This document shows, piece after piece, positions 18,918 to 28,900 of a stretch of 64,000 nt of DNA. A program made the translations under genes and the position numbers. Below the pieces are notes generated by a model, which saw only the letters and a list, made by a program, of their open reading frames with translations, made no database searches and had not been told where the DNA came from. The number at the start of each line of letters is the position of its first letter. Within the stretch, counting starts at the first letter, position 1. The DNA lies in IMG/VR virus record IMGVR_UViG_3300028920_002953, positions 7,848 to 71,847 of that record, one strand, 5' to 3'. The stretch is from a virus.

Positions 18918-21439
18918 TGGCACATAACTGGAGTAGTACTTATAAAGATGCAAATATCAGCCTCAGTCTTAGTGATTCCAGAGCCACCAAAATTACTAAC
19001 AATGCTTATCACGTTGTCGCAGGGGAAGATGAAATAACATCTGGCAAGTGGTATTGGGAAGTATATTATGGTGGTGGTGGTTCGCACGAAGTCTTTGCCG
19101 GTGGCCTTATTAGTCCAGACTTCAGTTTTCCATTTACGAATTACTTAGGATATGATGTTGCCGAAGACTCCATTGGTTATTACAACAATACTGGCGGTAT
19201 ATTCTTTGGTGGCTCTGGAAGTAGTTTTGGAAGTACTTATTCCTTTGGTGATACTATTGGTGTTGCCTTGGATGCCGACACTGGCAAGGTTTGGTTCAGC
19301 AAGAATGGCGTTTGGCAAAACTCAGGTGATCCAGCTAATGGAACCAATCCAGCAGCAACACTTTCTTGGTCTTCTTTCCGACCTGCCGCCTCTATCTTCT
19401 ACAGCGGTCATTATCTGGATGAAGCATTCAATGAAGCTGATTGCTCGTACTCTGCTCCATCTGGATTCAATTATTTAGATTATGAGTCATCATCGTCATC
19501 GTCTTCCAGTTCTCGTAGTAGTTCATCCAGCTCCTCTAAAAGTAGTTCATCAACCTCTGAATCGTCAAGCTCGTCAAGTAGCTTCTCTGTAGAGTCAAGA
19601 TCAAGCTCCAGTTCTTCGTCTTCTTCTGAGGAACGTAGTTCATCGTCTTCAAGCAATTGCAATTCATCTTGTAGTTCATCGTCTTCGTCATGTTTGAGTG
19701 AATCCTCGTCATCGTCTTCAAGTTCGTCACGTTCATCGTCATCAACTTCTGTATCTTCATCGTCAAGTTCTCGATCCAGTAGCAGCAAATCCAGTAGCAG
19801 TACATCTACCTATGTACGTGTAGCGGATATAACACTCAACATAGATTGGCGCAGCTCCTCCTCTTCCTCCAGCTCCAGTACTTCTGTTTCTGAGTCAAGC
19901 TCTTCGAGAAGTTCAAGTTCATCGTCAGAGAGTTCATCAAGCTCTCGGAGTAGTTCGAGCCTGTCAAGTTCTTCTCGTTCCAGCTCTTCCTCTTTCTCTC
20001 TCATTCAAATATTGGGAGTTGGCACTGCATTTGGAGAAGAGAATCCACCAGCACAGTTTGATGCATCGTCTTGGGCACTCTGGTCTGATGGGGCTGGTGG
20101 ATCTCCTACCATATCCGGTGATTCAGATTGGGGCCAGATATCTCTTCAGCAAGGAGAGATTGGTCACTCTCCGGTAGTAGACACAGAGAACAACTACAAC
20201 GAATTTGACCTAACATTTGATGCCTTTGGATCTCTCGGTGGGTCTGGCATATTTGAAGTATATATTCGTGGAAGTGCTACTTCTTTCACACAAGATTCAA
20301 CGAGCATAAGTTGGGAGTCTTGGGCAGGAGTAAAGAAGCTCAGGTCATGGAACTATGTTCAAGTAAAACTTATTGGGTATGCAGATCAAGCAAACCTAAC
20401 AGATGACCTTACATTGTCTTGGACTGAGGAGTCATCTTCCAGTTCCTCCTCCAGTTCATTCTCATCCTCGAGTTCATCCAGATCATCCTCTTCCAGATCC
20501 AGCTCATCCTCTTCAACATCCTCCTCAAGCGAATCCTCATCGTCATCCTCGTCCCTTTCTTCCGCATCCTATGGGACAGCCCCAGAGACGACGAGAGGGA
20601 TTATTGATATCGTGTATGATGGATCTCAATCTGAGAAATATATCTGGATCTCCAACTATGGGGATGACGATCTGATCAATCTCAAATTGACGATCGGCAC
20701 TTCAAATCGGCAGTTCTCCGGACAGACATATTCAAAGGGACAAAGAGTCGTCTCAGAAAAATGGATCAGAGCCCGTTCCTCTGGTGTTCGAGGATCAGGA
20801 ATAATAGATGATCTTCAATCCAATTACAAACCAATTGGAGGGGGCTGGAGTCGGTCTGATGATTATCTGAGCATTGGTGATATTCCATCAGGGACATCGA
20901 GGCGCATTTATATTGAAATCATATATCCCATGGATATACCGAGTCATGAAATAATCATCCCTCAATTTATGCTCGATTATGAAGTTGATGTCTCTTCCTC
21001 CTCTTCAAGCAGTCGGAGTCTTTCGGAATCTTCCTCTTCCTCCAGTGTATCCTCTTCCACCGCTTCGATATATGGATGGCATTATGGAGCGAGACCTCCT
21101 CAGGATTACGATTTGAATGATTGGTTGGAATGGACTGTCGAAGGGGAATTGACGCAAGCTCGCATTACCATGTATGGCACAGAAACTCTGAGATTCGATG
21201 ATATCATTTTAGGAGGAGGAGAATCATTCGTCTCTCCGGTTATGGATACTGGGGATACTAATCAGAAATTTATCAATCTGAGTTACAATCAAGATGATTC
21301 CGGAGTAGGGACTCCAACTATAAGCGTGAGAGGGCAGTCTGATTCTTTTGATCAGGATGCAGCTTCTCCATCATGGCAAGCCTATAGTGGAAGTACCGTG
21401 GTGGATTGGAGATATATTCAAATCAGGGTATCAGGGTGA
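18917..21439 (+). CDS. modular tail fibre/adhesin: SPRY plus repeated beta domains with poly-Ser linkers
   Basis: SGKWYWEV...GDTIGVALDADTGKVWFSKNGVW; two copies of the domain that ends 14586-18917. Confidence 0.78.
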   Translation: MAHNWSSTYKDANISLSLSDSRATKITNNAYHVVAGEDEITSGKWYWEVYYGGGGSHEVFAGGLISPDFSFPFTNYLGYDVAEDSIGYYNNTGGIFFGGSGSSFGSTYSFGDTIGVALDADTGKVWFSKNGVWQNSGDPANGTNPAATLSWSSFRPAASIFYSGHYLDEAFNEADCSYSAPSGFNYLDYESSSSSSSSSRSSSSSSSKSSSSTSESSSSSSSFSVESRSSSSSSSSSEERSSSSSSNCNSSCSSSSSSCLSESSSSSSSSSRSSSSTSVSSSSSSRSSSSKSSSSTSTYVRVADITLNIDWRSSSSSSSSSTSVSESSSSRSSSSSSESSSSSRSSSSLSSSSRSSSSSFSLIQILGVGTAFGEENPPAQFDASSWALWSDGAGGSPTISGDSDWGQISLQQGEIGHSPVVDTENNYNEFDLTFDAFGSLGGSGIFEVYIRGSATSFTQDSTSISWESWAGVKKLRSWNYVQVKLIGYADQANLTDDLTLSWTEESSSSSSSSSFSSSSSSRSSSSRSSSSSSTSSSSESSSSSSSLSSASYGTAPETTRGIIDIVYDGSQSEKYIWISNYGDDDLINLKLTIGTSNRQFSGQTYSKGQRVVSEKWIRARSSGVRGSGIIDDLQSNYKPIGGGWSRSDDYLSIGDIPSGTSRRIYIEIIYPMDIPSHEIIIPQFMLDYEVDVSSSSSSSRSLSESSSSSSVSSSTASIYGWHYGARPPQDYDLNDWLEWTVEGELTQARITMYGTETLRFDDIILGGGESFVSPVMDTGDTNQKFINLSYNQDDSGVGTPTISVRGQSDSFDQDAASPSWQAYSGSTVVDWRYIQIRVSG
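19328..19350 (+). repeat. 23-nt exact direct repeat, second copy at 31568-31590
   Basis: gatccagctaatggaaccaatcc in two paralogous SPRY domains. Confidence 0.9.
19487..20000 (+). repeat. two poly-serine tracts flanking a 14-aa peptide
   Basis: Ser tracts on both sides of YVRVADITLNIDWR (19811-19852). Confidence 0.92.
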
Positions 21440-21450
21440 GGAGATCTCTA

Positions 21451-21576
21451 TTGCAAAAGTGCGTCTGTTCTAATTGTAGAAAGTATCGAGTGATAGTTAA
21501 AAGAATCAGCACAAAAGAGAAGTATTGCGTTTATTGTATGTCGGCAGCATTTTTTAGGGAAAGGAAATATAAATGA
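21451..21576 (+). CDS. small zinc-finger protein (CxxC...CxxC), not in ORF track
   Basis: GAGGAG 7 nt before TTG 21451 (alternative GTG 21436); CSNC...CVYC; stop overlaps the next ATG (ATGA). Confidence 0.55.
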   Translation: MQKCVCSNCRKYRVIVKRISTKEKYCVYCMSAAFFRERKYK

Positions 21577-22775
21577 CTTTAGCAAGTGTGGTCGGTTATT
21601 ATGCGTCTGATACTCAGGATGCGATTGATAAAATCAAAGACACCTTGGTATCCGCTGGTTGGACTTTGGAGGACACAACCTCCACCAATTATGGTTACGT
21701 TTTATCATCCTCAGGTGAGTCGGGTAATGAACAGAAAATATATGTTTGGATTCATCAGGATACTAATGTTATTGAAGTGTTTGGGTGTGCTGGATGGGAT
21801 GGCGTGAGTCATGCCCAAACTTATTATTTTGGCAATGCTACTTATTCTCATATTGACTTTGATGACGATGGTCCTGGTTATGTGTGGGCATCTGCTACCA
21901 AGGATGGATTTATTATTTGTTCTTATCACGACCAAGCTACGGAAGCTGATGGCATTGTTTTTGGTTTGTTCACTCCTTGGTATGAGGAAGCAATTGGTAC
22001 ATTGGCATCGGGTGTATCATCTGGAAGTAGTGTGGTTATAACTCTTGGTTCTGGTGAAGCGGATGATTTCACTGTTGGGAATGAGTACAAGATATTCAAT
22101 GAAGATAATAGAGAACTCTGCACAGTTACAGCAGTGAACTCTGGATCGGATCAAATTACTGTTGATTCGTTAACTTATTCTTATGATTCTGGTGATAAAA
22201 TTGGAACATATCCATGTAAGTGGGCAATGGCCTTAACTGATTATAATTACGCGTATAATTTTTGGTATGCAACCGAGGGTACTGGGCCTAATACCGATTA
22301 CAACGCTCCGCAAAACCCCATTAACCCAGGGGCGATGGATCCTGATCCAGCGCAACAAAATATGTATGGTATGGCTCCTTGGGCGGTATATAATGGTGAT
22401 AATTGTTATGGTGGGCCTTTTCATAAAGACTGTCCATTTCTTAGGGTTCAATGTGGCAACACTCATGAAACTACTATTTCCGTGGGTGATATAGACACAG
22501 GAACGTCGTCTGGATCGAATACATCTACAACATTGAATGATACCACTAAGTCGTGGACTAATGATGAACATATTGGTAAGGTTTTAATCATCACTGGAGG
22601 AACGGGTGCTGGTCAATTCAGAGCGATTACTGATAACGATGGAACATCATTAACGGTAGCAGCTTGGGATACAACTCCTGATGGTACTTCAACCTATACC
22701 ATTTGTGACGAAGGTTGGTTATATATGTATTGCAATGCCAATGTTAGTAATTCGCTCGCAATGAGGGTAATTTAA
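21573..22775 (+). CDS. virion structural protein (tail appendage-associated)
   Basis: In the fibre operon; Gly/Thr/Tyr-rich; IKDTLVSAGWTL and ITGGTGAGQ.R.I motifs common in virion proteins. Confidence 0.6.
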   Translation: MTLASVVGYYASDTQDAIDKIKDTLVSAGWTLEDTTSTNYGYVLSSSGESGNEQKIYVWIHQDTNVIEVFGCAGWDGVSHAQTYYFGNATYSHIDFDDDGPGYVWASATKDGFIICSYHDQATEADGIVFGLFTPWYEEAIGTLASGVSSGSSVVITLGSGEADDFTVGNEYKIFNEDNRELCTVTAVNSGSDQITVDSLTYSYDSGDKIGTYPCKWAMALTDYNYAYNFWYATEGTGPNTDYNAPQNPINPGAMDPDPAQQNMYGMAPWAVYNGDNCYGGPFHKDCPFLRVQCGNTHETTISVGDIDTGTSSGSNTSTTLNDTTKSWTNDEHIGKVLIITGGTGAGQFRAITDNDGTSLTVAAWDTTPDGTSTYTICDEGWLYMYCNANVSNSLAMRVI

Positions 22776-22933
22776 TGGCACACGTAAAGGGATATAAGGC
22801 GGTTTATGTTTTTAATTTTACTGGTGTTGTGAAGTATGGCAATGCTAAACCGAATAAATGGTCAAATAATGGTAGGTATCCATCTGTTAGAGCTTATAAG
22901 GCATTTAAGCAATTAAAGACGAATGGTAAGTAA
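22775..22933 (+). CDS. small basic protein (52 aa, MAHVKGYKAVY...), not in ORF track
   Basis: TAATG coupling at 22773-22777; TAA at 22931-22933 directly abuts the ATG of the giant gene, in frame. Confidence 0.65.
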   Translation: MAHVKGYKAVYVFNFTGVVKYGNAKPNKWSNNGRYPSVRAYKAFKQLKTNGK

Positions 22934-25900
22934 ATGGCGCATGTAAAAGCATATCGACTGTGGTTTGAGGAGTCGAGCAGTTCAAGCAGTAGTAAATCTT
23001 CAAGCTCTCGATCTTCCTCATCGTTGAGTAGTTCAAGCTCTACTCTTCCCGGCACCAAGTTGCGCTTTCTGTTTGATGAAGGATCATCATCTTTCCGTGG
23101 TTATGTAGTACTTACCAAAATACTTATATCCGAAACAATAGGTGGCAGTCAAGCTATGTCTGAAGCAAATGGCGTTGCTTCTGCCTCCTCTGAATACAAC
23201 GACAGTAATCCTGCCGAATATGCTCTTGTTGATTCCGGTATGTGGCACTCAGGCTACGATACCCCAATAACCGATCATTGGTGGATGTTTGAATTCAATG
23301 ACGGCATTCAAATTGATCCAGTTTGGTATCAAATCCAAGCCAGAGGCGGCAGCTATTCAGACAATGACGCACCTGTTGGTTGGCGCTTACAGGTTTACAA
23401 CGAGAGTACTTCTCAATGGGATACAATAGACACCGTATCAGGTGAGCCTGACTTTGGTGATGCAGAGATAAGATCATACAGAGTGGGATACAACGGCTCA
23501 TCCTCTTCCTCTTCGGAGAGTAGTTCATCAAAGTCTTCATCCAGCTCTTCGGAGAGTAGTTCATCCAGTTCATCATCGGCAGTACCACCACCAACCTCTC
23601 GCTCAATCTATTATACCATTGACTCGACAAAGGTAGACTCTGACCTCTCCAACTTTCCGGTAGCAGTAAAGATTGAAGAGAGTTCATTCTTTACTGATCT
23701 TGATGATCAAGATTGGGAGTACTTAAAAGCAACTGTTGGTGGAACTGAGTGTTACATAGAAGTAGATAAATGGGATCCAAATAATGATGAAGCAGTTCTC
23801 TGGATAAGAGTCCCAAGTGTCTCCTCTTCTGAAGATACCGTCATCACTATCACTACTCTCTCATCCATTAACCTCTCCTATGTAGGTTGGGTAGGTAGTA
23901 CTCCCGGCCAAACGGTATGGTCTGCGTTTACAGCAGTCTATCATATGTCAGAAGATCCATCTGGCACTGCTCCACAAGTCAAAGATTCCAAGGGAAGTTA
24001 TAATTTGACTTCAAATGGAACAATGACTGACACCGATCTCGTTGACGATGATTGGAACAAGGGCATTGCCTTTGATGGAGATAATGATTATCTCTCCAAT
24101 AGTAGTCTACAACTTGGCACAAACTTTACTGTCATTGCCAAGATGAATTTCTCCTCTGCTACTCACACCAGTTCCAGATCGATCACCCACCAAGGTCACT
24201 TCGGAACATCCGGTCAGCAAGGTGTCAGCATTCTTATAAGTGGTACGAGTAGTTTTGTTCGTTGCACCTACCTAAGAAGTGTATGGAGAAATGTAGACTC
24301 AACCAACCTTATCTCTTCCGGTGACAACATAATAGGTGTTGGGTTTGATTCATCAGGAAGTAATGTCCACTACAACATTAACGGAAATGCGGAAGATGTA
24401 GCCCAACCATATGCATACAACCAAACTCCTTCACAACCATTCCATGTAGCTGCAAGAAACTATACTGATAGTCAAGATCTTTTCAGCGATGGCACATATG
24501 ACGAACTCTTTATAGCAACAAGTGTTCTCTCTGATGATTTCATTCAAGCGATGTACGAGAACTTGAATGGATCATTGATTACACATACCCCTCCAGATGA
24601 AAAGATTTACTATACCATTGACAGTAGTAAAGTTGATTCTGAGCTTACTGACTTTCCGGTGGGTATAGAGATCAATGCTGAAACTGGATTTGTATTTGGT
24701 CGGTCATCTACTGATTGGCGCAACATTAAGGCAACGGTAGAGGGAGAAGAGTGCTATGTGGAAGTGGTTGATTGGGATACTACCAATCAAACAGCTACTA
24801 TATGGGTCAAAGTTCCAACGGTATCAAGCACAGAAGATACATGTATCACCATTGAACTATTAGGAAGTAGAAATGATGAAGTAGAAGTATCCAGCCAGAC
24901 GGTTTGGGATGATTTTACAGGAGACGATGGCGACACTCCTGATACTTCTCTTTGGTATCAAAGTACAACCGCTGGAACAACCTATCTTAGCATTCAAGAT
25001 AACAAACTCCATTTCGATGCTACTTCTGTATCAACAATGACGCAGGAGAGGTTTCAATCAAAGTTCGGCTTTACCGGCGACTTTGATATTCAATTAGATG
25101 TTGATGTCATCGAGAATGGTGTTCCATCTACTAATGTAAACTATGCCCCTACACTCTCTGTAGTTGCTTATGGTTGGGTTGCTTCTATAAGTGTTTATAG
25201 AAGTGTAAGTGAAAGAAGGATTGACGCTCGAAGTACTGATGTATCACAAGATCATTTTACCCCTCCAAGTGAACCTTATTCTACTAAGTTGAGGCTCAGA
25301 AGGGTAAGCGGAGTTGTTGCTGCTCAATGGTATGATCCGGTAAGTGACAGATGGGAATGGGATGGTGTTGCTGGTGCTTGGTATTCTCTCGGAACCAAAA
25401 CGGGAGAAATGCAGGTTCAGATTACTTTTGAGCAGGAAGTAAATGGCGAAGTTGAAGTTGACATCGATAACTTTACTATCAACTCAGCCGATGGTGTAAC
25501 CGCATATGTTGGCTACACTGGTGGCATAGCTGGTAGACAAGTATGGTTAGAGAAGTATATCACTGTTCACCACATGGCACAAGATCCAAGCGGTGGAACA
25601 GATTGCATCCTTGATTCAAATCGCACTCGCCATCTTACCCCTTATGGTTCAATGGTTGCTGGTGATCTTGTTGATGAAGGTTTCGGCAAAGCACTTGACT
25701 TCAATGGAACATCGCAGTACTTACTTGCGTCAGCTTTTAGTAGAGAAGACACACCAATCTCGATTGAAGCCTATATTAAGGCTGAAACACAAGGTGCTAC
25801 TCACGGTGGGTGGATAGCTAACCAAAGGGATGCAAGTACTGGAGATCAGTGGCAGATTGCAATCTATCCTCCTACCTCTGATGATGATGTACTTCTCGAT

Positions 25901-28900
25901 GTTTTTAGTGGGGCTTCAACTCGATGCGGTAGAGGACAGTTTGACGGTATTGACGGTGGTGGGTGGAAGTATTTAGCTTTTGAAACCGATGGGGGAAATG
26001 GAGACACTCTTACTCCTTATGAAGATGGTGTAGCTGGAACAACAGATACATTAACAGCCGATGTTACTCTTACATCCATAGCTATGTATGTGGCGAGAAG
26101 AGGCTGGGACCCATCCGGTTACTTCAAAGGTAAGATAAGTGAACTCAGAGTATCCAGAGATGTCAAAGGTTCTGCTTGGATAAAGGCAACTGCTGCTGTA
26201 TACGATGGAACACTTTTAGAATTTGATGCCAGTAGTTCATCCTCTTCCTCCTCTCGTTCATCTTCGTCAAGTAGCATATCATCCTCATCCAGAAGTAGTA
26301 GTTCATCTGTGGGCGTACCAAGCTCAAGAGAAGCATGGTATTCAATAGACTCCACCAAGATCGATGCAGAACTAACTGACTTTCCAGTAGGTATAAAGAT
26401 AGAAGAATCAAGTTTCTTCTCTACTCTTGGGGAAGATTCATGGCAGTATCTTAGGGCGACAGTAGATGGAGAGGAATGTTTTGTAGAAGTAGATGTATGG
26501 GACCCTGCTAATGACGAAGCGGTAATATGGGTCAAAGTTCCAACGGTTTCTAACACTGCCGATACGGTCGTCAAGATTGAAACAATTACCCGGCGAAATG
26601 ATGATATTGAAATCACGTCGCTGGAAGTATTTGACGACTTCACCGGGAATGACGGTGACGAACCGAACGCGACTCTTTGGACAAAAACGGTTTCGGGCGG
26701 CGACGATTGTCTTTCGATTCAAAGCAATGCCTTGAATTTTGATTCGCCCGGAAATTCGTCGGAACATAATAATTATGTCACTTCTAACTTTGAAATCGAA
26801 GGCGATTTCGACGTTGAGGTTTCATTTGAAATCACGACCGAAAACGATGGGACAAGTTCTTTGAACTACATGCCGACGATGATGGTGAGAAAATCGTCGG
26901 ACGACTCAACGTTGGGACAAATCGGCGCGATTCAGACAGCCGATAATGTTAAACGGTTACAATGCACCGGAACCGATATATCGACGACCTATATTTCAAG
27001 GACGGCGACAAGTGGAAAGTTACGGTTGACGCGGGTTTCGGGCGTTATCACGGCATATTATGACACGGGTTCTGGATGGGAATGGGACGGAAGTCCATCC
27101 GGGCTTGCCTTGGACAACAGCGAGACCGGCGATGTTTATTTCATTATTTATTTCAGACAAGATCCAAACGGCAAGGTCAACGCTTCCGTCGACAATTTCA
27201 CGATAAACAGCGCCGATCAAGTTCTCACAGACGGGACCGCCACCGGGTACGTCGGCAAGACCGTCGACGCGGCGGCACAGAATGTTTGGGATGATGACTT
27301 CGTTGGCGTTTGGCACATGTCGCAAGACCCAAGCGGTGGAACCAATGCGATAAAAGATAGTACGTCGAACGCGAATCATGGGACGCCCGCAGGGTCAATG
27401 ACGTCCGGGGATTTGGTTGACGGCGATTTCGGCAAGGCAATTGATTTTGACGGGTCGGACGACGTCATAAATGTTTCGGCCTTGGGGTCCGCGTTTACGG
27501 AATGGACGGTTGAAGGCCATGTCAACCCGGACGCGCTTGGAGCCGACAAAACTATTCTTACGAATGACTTGCCCGGCTGGAATGATGATGTCTTGATCGG
27601 CTTTGACCCCGAATCGGCGGGCATTGATTTAGATAACGATGTTCTTTCGGTTTCGCACCAAGATTCAACCGACGAAATTCGCACAACGGTCACGAATTCA
27701 ACTTCTTTGACGATCGGAACCGCCTTTGTTTTCGGGGTCACAGCGACAAGCGCCGACACCTTGAACATTGTCGTCAACGGCGGGACAGTCGCCTATGATA
27801 CCAAGGAAGGCGACGCGCTAACATTCGGGAATAATGCGATTCAAATCGGGTATAACGCGAACGGCGCGCGAGCTTTCGACGGAAAAATCAGCGAACTAAG
27901 GATTTCAAATTCCGCCCGATCCTACGCATGGATCAAAGCCACTGCCTGTGTTATGGATGGCACCCTATTAACTTACTCTGCTGATGAACCTTCATTGTCT
28001 TCATCCTCTTCGAGTAGTGCCAGTGGGGTATCTGTTTCTTCAAGTAGCAGTTCAAGCTCTTCTCGTTCATCTTCATTGTCGAGTAGTTCAAGTTCAAGCT
28101 CAAGCTCTTATGTACCTGTATATGAATACACAGCTAAATCCTTGGTATTAGATATAGCCACCAACCATGGAGACGCTTCTTACATAGAAGTCAGACAAAT
28201 AGACTTCTGGTATCAGGGAACTAAGTTAACTCTTGGCCCATCTGATTATACTTGTTATGGTCAATATTATAGTTATGGACTTGAAACGCGCAATATATAC
28301 GACACAAGTAGTAGTAAAACCGGCTCTACAAACTATAATGGATGGGTGCGTACAGGAGCTTCAAATCAGAGATCAACTGTAGTATTTAACACTCCAATTA
28401 CGTTTGATGAGATTAGAGTAAACAACGGCCATCATTTTGGGGGCAATACTACCAGAGGTGTTAATGCGGTAGTAATGACCATATCTTCTGATTCAATAAC
28501 TTCAACAACATATGAAGCAACGATAACAAATGCTACTGTAATATTTGATGGTAATTGGGATGAACATGTTGGTTCAGACGTTGAAGATGAGCAGATTTTA
28601 TTCGATATAGCTTCATCCAGTTCTTCCTCCTCCTCATCCTCAAGCTCATTCTATCTGAGTTCCTCCTCATCGTCAAGCAGTAGTTCCAATTCATCGTCAA
28701 ACTCATCTTGTGAATCAAGCTCAAGCTCATCCTCAAGTAGCAGCAGCTCCGAATCATCAAGCTCCTCTGAAAGTGCGACATTAGACCTTAGCAATGGTCT
28801 CCAGGCGTATTATTCATTTGAAAATAATTGTAATGATAGACTTGGCAACTATGACGGTACAGGTAATGGAGTTGACTATTCCACTGGTAAGATTGAACAA

